DNA of 64,000 nucleotides from Hypanus sabinus (lineage: Eukaryota). The notes under the pieces are model-generated. The model had not been told where the DNA came from. It saw nothing but the letters and a program-made list of their open reading frames with translations, and searched no databases. The stretch spans positions 1 through 64,000 of the forward strand of contig NW_026779593.1 in assembly GCF_030144855.1 (NCBI RefSeq). The letters run 5' to 3'. Shown piece after piece: positions 1-12,159 of the stretch (position 1 is the first letter of the stretch; every line of letters starts with the position of its first letter). A program made the translations under genes and the position numbers.

Positions 1-528
1 GGCAGAGTGGCATGGTGGTGGAGTACTTTCAGATCCGAGGGTTGTGACTAGTGGTATCCCACAAGGATCTGTTCTGGGAACTCTACGTTTTGTGATTTTT
101 ATTGTCGACCAGTATGTGTCTGAGTTGGCAAGTTTACAGACGACACAAAGTTTGGTGGTGTTGTTATAGTGTAGAAGATTGTCGAAGATTGCAGAGAGAC
201 ATCGATAGGATGCAGAAATGGGCTGAGAAGTGGCAGATGGAGTTCAACCCGGAGAAGTATGAGGTGGTACACTTTGGAAGGACAAACTCCAAGACAGAGT
301 ACAAATTAAATGGCAGGATTCCTGGTAGTGTGGAGGAGCAGTGGGTTTTGATGGTACATGTCCACTGAAAGTTGCCTCACAGGTAGATAGGAGAGTTAAG
401 AAAGCTTATGGGGTGTTAGTTTTCATAAGTCGAGGGATAACGTTTAAGAGACGCGATGTAATGATGCAGCTCCATAAAACTATAGTTTGGCCACACTTGG
501 AGTACTGTCTCCAGTTCTGGTCGCCTCA
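1..528 (+). mobile_element. 3' part of the same CR1 remnant from the preceding repeat unit
   Basis: Matches 25652-26179 and contains WAEKWQMEFNPEK and PHLEYCLQFWSPH. Confidence 0.93.
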
Positions 529-2881
529 CTCGGTGTAATTCAAAATCTGTAATCAGGAAGGGCTTGTGCAGCGACTAAGGAGAGAGATGAGAGACAGATA
601 TCAACTATCAGGATATACAGTCACATGAGGAAGGGCTACATTGAACTTCACAATCTGGAGAAAACCAGAAAAGGAAGAGATACTCACACAAAATGTGAAG
701 GAACTCAGGAGGACTGAGTGAATGAGGTATTCCTCTGTGGGTAACACATTCAGCTGAATAATTGCTGAAACATTTTGAACATAGAACATAGAATAGTACA
801 GTACATTACAGGCCCTTCGGCCCACAATACAGTGCCGACCCTCAAACCCTGCCTCCCATATAACCCCCCATCGTTGATACAGAGACGTCTACATGTATTT
901 TTCCCAAGCGGAGATACCGTATTATTGGCCGTCGGAAAGAGGAGGCACCCAACGTTGGCGCCATCTCCATGAAGGAAGTTGGAATGGATAGCCTTGTAAT
1001 GATTTGATCGGTCACAAGACATTGTTACCAGGGTGAGTTTAATAATAAATACCGACTGAGCGAGGACAAACGAAGATCTACCGTTCTAAGACGTCGTAAC
1101 AGTTGAAAAATATTTAAGGTGAACTTTAGAGTTTTCTCAATCATTCTGGTGACGCATTGGTTAGGAGGTGAAGTGGTCACATTGACATAATTGGCCACGT
1201 CTGCTCCTTGGGTTGCAGGGGCCTATTATTCTGTTAGATTTCTAAATAAAACTAAAATGAACTTTTCCTTCTATTCTTTAATACTTAACTGTTTCTTAAT
1301 TATGTCACAGTCTGTTGTTATACAGTTCTTTCTTGAACAACTACCCTTATAAATTGTTCAGAATCCCATTATACCTTCATTGAGGGCCGAATAAACCCAC
1401 CGACGCTCCCTCTGTTCTAGAACTAACAATTTTTCATCAGACATCGCACCTTGACCTATTCTCCAAGAAACTGCAAATACAACATCCCAGTGCATTGTTT
1501 CAACAATCAAAAATTCGGCAATGTACCGTTTATTCTATCTAATTGCACCCTCCTCCGCAACACACATACACAGCAGCCCCACAACCCGCGTTTTCTGTGC
1601 CGCAGCAATGAACAATAAAATGAGACCTGTTTCCATTCCATTGCGCTATTAGCGATGGGTTTAGTGAATTTAATTCTAAATCGTGTCAAGAGGTGGCGCA
1701 TTTGCAAATAGAATAGCGGATAAGTTGTGCAAGTGGCGACACTGCCTCTGATCAATATTGCACTCACGACATGCTACGTTTTATACCGCTTTCCACGTCA
1801 AAATGGGCTCACCAAAGACGGAATTACTAATTACCTAGTTCATATTTAAAATTCAGCGCCGCTGTGAGAATTCCCCAAACCAGCAGCAGGAATGCTCTCA
1901 GTCCGCATCTGGAACATGTTCACCTGGAGAAGTTGCATCCTTTACGTCACACTGAACGCGGAAATTTCCTATAAAGATTCTCAGCTTAAACTCTACCACA
2001 CTACGAAAGTGAAGCACCGCGGACTGAGAAAATATGCGGCCGCATAGCACGTGACAGGAGATTTGGTCCTGCAATAGGACCCAAAGTAGAATTTCACTCT
2101 GTTCTCCATACTCACCATCTCCACACCCGAAAGAAAAATACAACTCTTAGTTAAAAGTGAATTTATTCTCAAAGTACGCGCTATGCATAAGTCACCAAAT
2201 ACTATCCAATATCCTCTTCCTTGTGGTTGTTGACAGTGGAAGAAAAACAGCTGAATAAATGAAAAACTGTAGACATATTCCAACTGACAACCAATACCGA
2301 TGTTGAGAAGTAGACAAACTGTGCAAATTAGTAAAGAATCAATAATAATAAATACAGATTTCTTGCTCTTTCACCCTCGCTTCTTTCTCTCCCCTCCTAT
2401 TCTGGCGCTCTTCGTTGACCGTCTCTATCACGAGCACTTGCCCCGCTCTTTACGCCAATTAACCGGCATTCTACTACCCTCTCGCTCACTTTCTCCTACC
2501 GTTGCCGGTTCCCTTTGGTCTTCGCCCACTGCTGCCTCTCGTCCAATCTCTCGCCCCTGGTGTCTGTATGTTCATGTCTCGCTCCCTCTTCTCTCCAGCA
2601 CCACAAATTATTTCGTTCTGCACTCCAATCTCCGTCGAGGAGTCAAGTCAGATTATATGCACATCCTATGCACATTGCTCTCTTTCTACTTCACTTCGAA
2701 AACAGTGCATCACAGCAACAGGCACTTCGGCACTCAATTATATTCTGCACCCATCAGGTTAGTAATAAAATGTTCAACTAAACTATCATTTTCTACCTAG
2801 AGAATGTCCCTACCCTTCTACTAATTTCACATTGCTATCGCATGGAAACGTGTCTTAGAATTTGGCTACAATACGTGTCGT

Positions 2882-3551
2882 TTTGTGGCCATTTGCTGGT
2901 CAAACATTCAGACAAAGTATTGTAATCCAAGAATTGCCGGATGGGTTATTGGCACAATATGCATCGTGTTCTGTTTAGTGAACGTCCTTTATTATTCCTG
3001 CATTGAGAGGCTGGAATTAGTATTTGGGAAGGGAAATGGAGGACGTGCAGGTCCAAGAGCTCACTTCACCAGGATCCACTTTTTGAGTGGTTTTCCTGAG
3101 TGGACCGTCCGATATATCCACTGCGTCCTTTCTTTCACATTTTGTTACTGAACATCCTGACCGTCAGACGGATCCTGGCTCCAGCCGAGTCCGAAGAGGA
3201 CTCCGGGGACATTGAACTGGCGAGAAGCAGCAGGATCCGGAGAAGAAGAGCCGGAGACAGTCCATCGTTCTGCTCTTCACCCTGTCGGCGAGTTTCCTCC
3301 TGTGCTGGGGGACAACCACGCTTGTCTTCATTTTGCTGCGGTGCCTCTACTCTGACCTGGAAACGTCCATTCGGCTTTTCATGGCGCAACGGGCGGGAGC
3401 TGAGATTCAGCTTTTCAGCTGCTGCATAAACACCTTCATTTACGGCGTGACCCAAACCAAATTCAGAGAGCAGCTGAAGATGACGGCTCTCTATCCCACT
3501 CATATGCTTGTTAGCTTGGGGAGACAGCGTTTAACGCGGACTTACCCGTGA
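2882..3551 (+). pseudogene. GPR139-like pseudogene psi1 (TM3 end to C-terminus)
   Basis: Starts abruptly at (F)VAICW. It has two 1-nt deletions (tattattcctg; cctggctccagc) and in-frame TGA stops (FS*VD, RGH*TG). The C-terminal piece LRCLYSDLETSIRLFMAQRAG...NTFIY matches the intact genes. Confidence 0.9.
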
Positions 3552-3664
3552 TGAAGTGCAATTGCTCCAGAAAGGATGCGCCCGCATGTTTCAGCATGTT
3601 TTTTAATTATCATTTATGATTTTTTTTGTGCTGCCTGTTTGTGCCGGGATAAATCACAATACAA

Positions 3665-4433
3665 AGAAACATGGAAAACCTATACGACAATACAGGCCCT
3701 TCGAAACACAAATTTGTGCCGAACATGTTTCTACCTTAGAAATATAGCCTTACCTATAGACCTCTATTATACTATGCTCCATGTACCTATCCAAAGGCCA
3801 CTTATCGTATCGGCTTCCACCACCGTTGCCGGCAGCCCATTCCTCGCACTCACCACTCCCTGAGTAAATACGTACCCCTGACACGTCCTCTGTACCTACT
3901 CCCCATCAACTAAAACGCGTGTCCTTCTGTGTTTCACCATTTCATCACTGGGAAAAGCTTTCTACTATCCACATGATGCATGCCTCCCATCATCTTGTAC
4001 ATCTCTATCAGGTCACCTCTCATCCTGCGTCACTCCATGGAGATAAGGCAGAGTTACTCAACCTATTCTCATAGGGCATGGTCCCCACTCCAGGCAACAT
4101 CCTTGTAAATATCATCTGCACTCTTTCTATGGCTTCCACATCCTTCCTCTAGTGAGGCAGTAGATCTGAGCAAAGAACTCCAAGTGGGGTCTGACCATGG
4201 TCCTATGGAGCTGCAACATTACCTCTCGGCTCTTAAACTCAATCCAACGATTGATGAAGGCCAATACACCGTACGCCTTCTTAATCACTGAGTCAACCTG
4301 CGTAGCTGCTTTGAGTGTACCTGGACCCCAAGATCCCTCTGATCCTCCACACCGTCAAAAGTCTTACCATTAATACTATATTCTACAGTAATATTTGACC
4401 TAACAGAATGAACCACTTTACACTTATCTGGGT
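3665..4433 (-). mobile_element. CR1 LINE 3' fragment
   Basis: The reverse strand contains ggtcagaccccacttggagt (the RPHLE region) and a CR1-like 3' end (aaacatggaaaacc...acaggcccttcg on the + strand). Boundaries are approximate. Confidence 0.8.
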
Positions 4434-4560
4434 TTTGGGCGTGGCGGGGGGGGGGGGCGGTGTAGACACCATGATCAGTATAACGGCTTTATTTATGCAA
4501 CAAAATAAATCTTAGTTTTTGCACGGGGGATCCAGTTCCCGTAAGACAAACAAAGCAGAA

Positions 4561-4705
4561 TTATTTGTGAGGTTATGATAATTAACACCATATGGAACGC
4601 AGCTGGTTTCATCATCGGCAAACCGAATCTGCTATATAAGATCCAACATGCAGTCTCTTTGCTTGACTTGTGAATGAACCATCAAGGCGCACAGAAACCG
4701 TAGAA
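4561..4705 (+). promoter_or_regulatory. Putative core promoter of gene A1 (equivalent TATA at 18151, 30284, 43802, 55993)
   Basis: TATATAAG at 4633-4640 lies about 220 nt before the ATG. It is preceded by TAATTA (4579), CCATATGG (4588) and CAGCTG (4600). The block is conserved in front of all five full-length genes. Confidence 0.6.
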
Positions 4706-4852
4706 GTGTTGCGACTGAAGGACGCACGTTTTATTTCTCGTGCCCTTACTCTTATGGATTAAATATTTTGTGAATACTTTACAGAGTTATCAGCCGGATA
4801 TTTCTTGCGTCTCTGGATAAATATTATTCCAAGCGGAGAATACAAATACTGC

Positions 4853-7589
4853 ATGGATACAGCAAGGAAAATATGCTACCCGGTTATTGCAGCCATCGGC
4901 GTCCCTGGTAAGGCTTCCCAGTTCTAACTGGTGATCGGATCGTGGTATTTTACTTCAACATCTCGCTCGTGATCTGTCCTTCCATTTAATCCATTAATAT
5001 ATGTATTAATCGAGTAACAAATTTATTTGCTAATACCCACTGTAATGAGTGCTGTAAACATTTGTATTTGGCAATAGGTCGAATGATCTGTCTTTACCCG
5101 TTGCTGAACGACCAAGAATTGTGTGTGCAGGTCGCATTTAAGTCGATTTATCGCTACAGGTTTCATCCTTAAATCATCAAGATCTGCTAGACGATTACCA
5201 TGGACACTCGGGTTTGTTGTCACCGCCNNNNNNNNNNNNNNNNNNNNNNNNNNNNNNNNNNNNNNNNNNNNNNNNNNNNNNNNNNNNNNNNNNNNNNNNN
5301 NNNNNNNNNNNNNNNNNNNNNNNNNNNNNNNNNNNNNNNNNNNNNNNNNNNNNNNNNNNNNNNNNNNNNNNNNNNNNNNNNNNNNNNNNNNNNNNCCAGG
5401 TCAGCTGCCATTTGTGGCAGATCTTCCCAACCGTTTGTTTGAATGTCGTGGATCCTTCCCATTAACCGAGAAGTCGAGGAACCCCTAATGGAGAAATCTC
5501 CTCTGTCGAGGGAAATAATGGACGGTTAAGGCCGAGATATTTCATCAGAACGAGATACTATGCTTGGAGAGGACATCATAACAAGATGGGAGAAGAAGCT
5601 CAATAATAAAGACTCTGGCAAAACACGTGAACCCATCTATCTGTTTCAATAGATGCTACCTGGACGAATTGCTTTGAATGTTTCTCTGTTGTCCAGTGTT
5701 GTGTGGGTGTAGTGGCGGCATCTCCTGCTGATAATTTGACGTCTTTACACGATGTATTAACAATTCATAATTTCACGGAATAACCTACTACAGTCTTTTC
5801 TCTTATTGCTGACAACCATTGTTGGAGCTACTTCTTTCATAATCTCTCTCACAATTAGCTGGCTTTACATCAGGCGATCGCACCCCTTTTGTATGACGTT
5901 CACCCCAACTATTAGCGGACGGATGCGTAGACCGCAGTTCGGGAACTCCAAGTTCACTCATTCAGCAGCATTCATTTCTGTATCATATCGAAAGCGAATT
6001 TTGTCTCGTGCAATACATTGGCGAAATTCAAAAACGTGTCTGATTATACGCCGTTTATTTATATTTTCATGCGAGACGTTTGCTTAAACTGAACAAACAG
6101 TTCGGAGTCAACTCATCTTGTGCCCGTGTAGTCCTGCATAGGACAGACGGATACAGTTGATGGGTTTCTCCGTCCAACACCGAAGACAGCTTAGTCCGTT
6201 CCGTAGGTGTTCCCTGTCCTGCTGCGTTCCACCAGCCCCGTGTTATCTGGGTGTAGTGGCGGCAGCTCATGTTAATTATTTTTTCTTTCCACGATGTTCT
6301 AACGCTTTCGATTTTTTTCTGAATTACCCTTGAAAGTCAACTTTGAAAGTCGGACCTTGAGAAGCATGGAGTACATCAGCAAAAGTCCACACTCGGTTCC
6401 ACTCCTCTAACAGATTGTCCAAAAGAGGTACGCATACATTGCGTTACGCATACATTCCACAGGAACAATTTTAATCAAGACCTGGTTTGAAGTGAAATTT
6501 CAAACGGTGACATTGTCCGATATGTGTCGGATAGCGATGGCGACTTAGATTAAATATATTATGACAAGATGTCCTGTCGTGTTAGAATTAACTTTTAAAA
6601 TGCAGTTTGATTGTATGTTATGCATGTCAAAAAAAAAAAAAAAAGAAATCTTCTCGTCATTTTTTCTTTCTTTGTTTCTAGTTAACCTAGTGGCGATCGT
6701 GATACTCAGCCGAGGAAAGTGTGGTCTCTCCAAAGGGATCACTCGGTATCTGGTGGCGATGGCCGTGGCCGATCTTGCGGTGGTGATCATCGAAGTCGGG
6801 TACTTCCAGATCGTTGATGCGTACCGAGCGTACTGGCTGTTGCTTCCCCCTCCGTTCTGTTTCGTCCACTTCGCCTTCTGTTACGTGTCTTTAGATTGTT
6901 CCGTGTGGCTGACTGTGGCGTTCACTTTCGATCGGTTTGTGGCCATTTGCTGGTCTAAGATTCAGGCAAAGTACTGTAACCCAAGAATTGCCGGAGGGGT
7001 TATTGGCACAATATGTGTCGTGTTCTGTTTAAAGAACGTCCCTTATTACTTCCTGCATCAAGAGGCTGCAATTAGTACTTCGGGAACGAAATGGAAGACG
7101 TGCCAATCCAAGGGATTGCTTCTCCTGGATCCAGATTTTGAGTGGTTTTCCTGGGTGGATCGTCTGTTAAATCCGCTGCTTCCTTTCTTCCTCATTTTGA
7201 TCCTCAACGTCCTGACCGTCAGACAGATCCTGGCCTCCAGCCGAGTCCGCAGGGGACTCCGGGGACAGAGAACTGGCGAGAAGCAGCAGGATCCGGAGAT
7301 GAAGAGCCGCAGACAGTCCATCGTTCTGCTCTTCACCCTGTCGGCGAGTTTCCTCATCTGCTGGGCGACAACGACGCTTGTCTTCATTTTGCTCCGGTGC
7401 CTCTACACGGACCTGGAAACGTCCATTCGGCTTTTCATGGCGCAACGGGTGGGCGCTGTGATTCAGCTTTTCAGCTGCTGCACAAACACCTTCATTTACG
7501 GCGTGACCCAGACCAAATTCAGGGAGCAGCTAAAGACTACGGCGCTCTATCCGGTTCATATTCTTTGTAGCATGGGGAGGCAGTGTTAA
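4853..7589 (+). CDS. GPR139-like class A GPCR, gene A1 (2 exons: 4853-4907, 6682-7589; 320 aa)
   Basis: Exon 1 reads MDTARKICYPVIAAIGVP and ends G|GTAAG (phase 1). The acceptor is a polypyrimidine tract plus TAG at 6679-6681, and exon 2 continues VNLVAIVILSRGKCGLSK. The product has seven hydrophobic segments with AxADL (TM2), SVWLTVAFTFDRFVAIC (TM3), PYY (TM4), CW (TM6), NTFIY (TM7) and KFR (helix 8). These motifs resemble the GPR139/GPR142 family, but this is not a one-to-one orthologue. Confidence 0.92.
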
Positions 7590-10353
7590 CTGTACGGCTG
7601 TTCCAGAAATGATGGCTCCGCAATTGGCAGCACGTTTTTAATTGTCGTTTATTAAAATATTGTTTGTGCTGCCTGTTATGCCTGTATTACGCCGTTCCTT
7701 CCTGAACTATCCCTTTCCGGGTTAAATCAAGTTATTTGTCTATAGTGTTCACAGTACAATATGCACTCACCACTGGACGCTTATTACGTTCCCTTATACA
7801 ACTGCTCGTTTTCGTCAACATCCATATAGTCAAACATGTGTCGGCACCTGAATATGTTAAGACAAGCAGACATGGAGATGCGGATGAGTTCGTGCTCAGA
7901 TCGGTTCAAAAGTCAGAATGGGGATCAAAAATGATCTTTGAACCTTCACTGATTGAAGTCGAACGGTCAGCAGAAATGATTGTTGGAGGCAGACTGGGTT
8001 GTTTGGGTAATGCCGCAGCGCCGGAAATTCGGAGATTCCCACGCACAGCAGTCTAACTTAGAGATTACAGATAATGATGAGAGAAGCAAAAATGAAGCAT
8101 CCAGTTGCAAGCGGTTCTGAAAGCGGAAAAACCGCTTTTATGAGATTGTTCAGAGAAGAATGACCAGAATGGTTTAAGAGGACTAGACAGCGAAAGTATC
8201 TCAAAGAGTGATGTCTTTTAACAATGGTGCCCAGAATGCACCGAATATTGACGGGGAAGTGTTACAGTAGCAGAGGGCGGCACTGAAATTCATCTGTATA
8301 CCACAGAATGAGACACACACGAAATGCTCGGCGAGCACAGCAGGGCAGGTGTCTCCGTCGTGAGCAATAGGGAGCGAAAGATTCGGGCCGAAGCACTGAC
8401 GTCTTGCTACCCTATTCCAGGGCCCAGCGGTACCACGGGAGAGGAGTGAGGCGGCAGTTTGCTTACGTAGCCTGTGAAAGAACCTGGGCATTCAGGACAT
8501 TTGACAGTGCCCAGGAAAATATCAAGGGAGACAGGGAGAAAACCAGGCGCAATATGCACCCAGACATTAGACACACTGATAGCAACTTAACGTTTGTTTA
8601 TCCCGTTCGGGAAGGCAGAAAGATGCAGACCAGAATGACATTCTCAGTAGTAGAAATCTTGCGTTTACTGAAAAGAATAACATGCTTTATTATAATTAGA
8701 TACATCTCCGCGGAGCACTCTCAGTGCCGCACACCTCCTTCTCATCCTGTAATCGGACAACCTCGAGGCGAGGAAACATGGAGACGCGGAGCGGGACGAC
8801 ATTCGGTTCCATTTCTCCGGTGACAGGAATCACCGATTAAAGCGTTGAGGAGCATTGAGACATCGGGGCGAATGCGTAAGGCGAACCACTTCTCTAACGC
8901 CGACTGCCTTCATCTTGGTCGGTGCTGAGAAGGAGTCTGTGAGCGGCCAGTCTCTGTGTGGCTAGCTGTGGCAGGCGGGTCGGCTTCAGCCCTCGAACGG
9001 TGCCTCTCTCTCTGATGCTGAAGGAGGATATTGCCGTTGTTCTGCGTTATGGGTTCGACCGTCGCGTTTATAAACTGTGGATTTACGGTGTTTATCATCT
9101 GTGTTTTTATTTTCTTGCACGTTCCCTTTCCGTTTAGTTTATGAAGAGGTTTGATAGCTGATGCTCACGTTACCTTCTTGCAGATAGATGTTTGTGCGTG
9201 GGGAAGGGTTTGGGAATACTGCAGACATTTTGTGCGGGCGAAGAGGAATTCGGAGGATGAGGATCGAGATACCTATTTCTGTGCAAGAGGTGCATTTCAA
9301 CTTTCTCACTGAACTGCTTTCGTGATCCCTCTTGGTTTGCGGCTATTCAGAGAAGGCGTTCCTCAGAATTTTATATGGATTCACCTTTTGTTAACAAATG
9401 AATCAGTGAGCCTTTTAACTTTTGAGAAACTCTCAATAAGCCATCACTTGTCACCACACTTTCCGAATTCCCAAACCTGTGTTGAACACTTATGCATGTT
9501 ATCCCCGTTGCATTGTGTACCCACTGTCGGTCATGGCGGTGAACTCATTCAATGAATACAAGTTCATCCCCGGATAAGATAACACAGAGCTTCTCCACAT
9601 AAATTGTGGTGGGGGGGGGGGGATCGCGGGCGAGAAGGGTGGATTCTAAGTTGCTTCTGTGCCTGGGGATGCTTCGGGAGTTCTGTCTCTTCGGGTCCGG
9701 TTACCGGATTGCCGGACGTTTGAAGCTTCATGCTCTGCTCCGTGTCAAGATACGAATCGCCTGCAGTTTGTCTGTGCTATACTGTGTCGAGATCCGTACT
9801 GCCGGCCGTTTGCTTCTACAGGGGCCACCTCATGTCAAGATAAGAATGGCCCGCTGTTTGTCTGCGCCATTCTGTGTCGAAATAAGGATTGGCAGCCATT
9901 TACCTTTCCGCTTAATGCTGCGTGTGATGAAGGGTTTAGCATGTCGACTGCTCCTCTGTCCACCCACCCGCGCTGTTTGCCCGTGTTTACGAAGTCACTT
10001 GACCACTGAGTATCTATATTTGAAGTTCCCTCCCGCGCCGGTCGACCGAGTTAATTTCCTGCCCCCTGTGTAAATAGGAGTAGGACACTCGGCCCTTTGT
10101 TCTTTGCCGGCCGCTCTCATCCTTTGGTCCACATCTGTGCTCTGCATAAGTCCCGCCACTAAACGCCAGAGTCCTGATGTAGTGACCGGGTTCGATCCCC
10201 GGTCCAGCTTCGCTCACCCCTTGGCTCCCCTCGGCCTACTCCTCGCTCCCCGGCCTTCCTTGCAACTATTGACTTCTGTTAATGTTACCAGCGTTTCGGT
10301 GTCCTGCATTTTAGTTTGCTTTCTTCGCTCCTTGCAACATCAATATGCCACCG

Positions 10354-10388
10354 TCTCTCTCTCTCTCTACCTCCCTCCCTCTCTCTCT

Positions 10389-10438
<50 letters not shown>
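10354..10438. repeat. (CT)n/(CA)n microsatellite
   Basis: Directly visible. The paralogous site at 36050-36177 is N. Confidence 0.95.
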
Positions 10439-10439
<1 letters not shown>

Positions 10440-11129
10440 GGAGAATCTGCTGTCACACACTCAACACTGAAGATCAGAGATAGTGAAAGAGTGAGTCAAA
10501 GCAATGCTGGAGATATTGGGAATTTGACAAGAAAGGATGGTGAATTAGGGAAACAAATTAGGGATGTTGGAAAAACAGGTGGACGGGTCAAGCGGAGAGG
10601 AAACTGGGCGAAGAGCCTGGTTAATGGCCTGGTTGAGTCGCTGGGCGATGTGAAACTTTGCTTCTGGGTGTGAGGTAGATGAATTCGGATTGATAAGCAA
10701 GGGGATGGGGAGCAGGTTATATAAAATCGAAGAATTTGCTGTTAGTTTCCGCGGGCTGTAAACGACATAGGTAGAACCGGAAATACTATTCCTCTGGTTA
10801 ACGTTTGCTCTCTTCATTATAGTGTTATTGTGTCAATTGGAAATAAATTCTATATGAATGGAAAATGAGGAGTCTATGGGGCTATGGTGGACAGGGTGCT
10901 GATGCTCAAAATCGAGTTCCTCGTCTCCACTTGGAAGTATCTTTCTCTGCCAGACACCTTCTGGACCGTAGCGCATATCAGCTGTAATACAGCGGGGACG
11001 CAGCAAGAACAGTTTGTCAGACTGTTGCTTGCTTGTTAATAAAGCTTTCTTTTCAATAAAGGACGCGTTGCCCTTAGCGTTACACCATCAAAGCGCCAGC
11101 GATCAATTCGTTCTGCTCGTTGAAGAATA

Positions 11130-11481
11130 TTGGACGGTCTCTCCGCCACCATAGTCTGTATTTTTATCAATTATGCTATTGGTTGCACTGTTGTATCTAT
11201 GTTGTTTTGTGCAGGTCTTGTAGATTTAGTTTTTGGTCTTGTTTGTCTGGTGGCTTTGGAGCTCCTTTCCGGGGTGCGCGCTAAGACGCTAGTGCAATAT
11301 TAATATGCAACAGCCTCTCCAGATTCTGGATTGGGGATTGCCAAACGTTATGTAGATTTTCTAGTTAGTCTGATTGGTCATATGCTTTTGTGATATCATT
11401 CTGGAGGAACGTTCTCTCATTTTTTTAACTGCATTGTATTTGTGGTTTCTAAATGACAATAAACTGGATCTGAATCTGAAT
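11130..11481 (+). mobile_element. 3' end of a non-LTR retroelement with an (AATCTG)n-type tail (duplicate at about 36850-37202)
   Basis: Ends ...aaatgacaataaactggatctgaatctgaa, i.e. AATAAA followed by a short tandem tail. The 5' boundary is approximate. Confidence 0.5.
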
Positions 11482-12159
11482 AATAAATAAAGTAAGAATA
11501 TTGAACNNNNNNNNNNNNNNNNNNNNNNNNNNNNNNNNNNNNNNNNNNNNNNNNNNNNNNNNNNNNNNNNNNNNNNNNNNNNNNNNNNNNNNNNNNNNNN
11601 NNNNNNNNNNNNNNNNNNNNNNNNNNNNNNNNNNNNNNNNNNNNNNNNNNNNNNNNNNNNNNNNNNNNNNNNNNNNNNNNNNNNNNNNNNNNATAAGAAA
11701 ACTGTGCTGACGCAACGGGAGCGTTTCTGCGCAGGTGCGACAAAGAGCTTGAAAAGGAAAAGTTTTTCGACAGGAGTCGTTGACTGGGGTACTGTGCAGA
11801 CGCAACTGGCGTTCCCGCACAGGTCGAGAAAAATTTTCAACTGCAAAACCAGTTATCATATAAGAGAGATAACGCCCTGCGGTGAGGTTAACGTGGGAGA
11901 GAATAGGGTGGGTGTAATTTTGAATACAGTTGTGGGAGATTGGGAGAGGTAAACGTAGATGGAAGGATAGGTAAGTGAGGGTATGGATTGGGAACAATGG
12001 TTGACTTATCATCCCCGCGCTACGTACTGCTCCCAAGGAGAGGTTCTGACCCTGTGCAGAGCTCCGTCCCCAAAGCTTTTTGCCAAGGAGGGGTCCCGGC
12101 TGTGTTCCTGTTCTCCCAAGACCAAAGCTCTGAGTCCCAGTTCTCCAACTCTTCCAACA

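Noticed and set aside
2300-2800. 166-aa ORF upstream of psi1
   Set aside because: Low-complexity pyrimidine-rich sequence with a non-ATG start, truncated by a stop in the other three copies and without GPCR similarity.
6561-6681. N-terminal extensions of the long GPCR ORFs in the track (also 19874, 32290, 45585, 57870)
   Set aside because: They are intron read-through (polypyrimidine tract, poly-A) and are not conserved between A and B. A spliced exon 1 supplies the real start of TM1.
7058-7570. Antisense and shifted-frame ORFs over the GPCR exons
   Set aside because: Shadow ORFs of GC-rich coding sequence with no recognisable motifs. Their recurrence only reflects the duplication.
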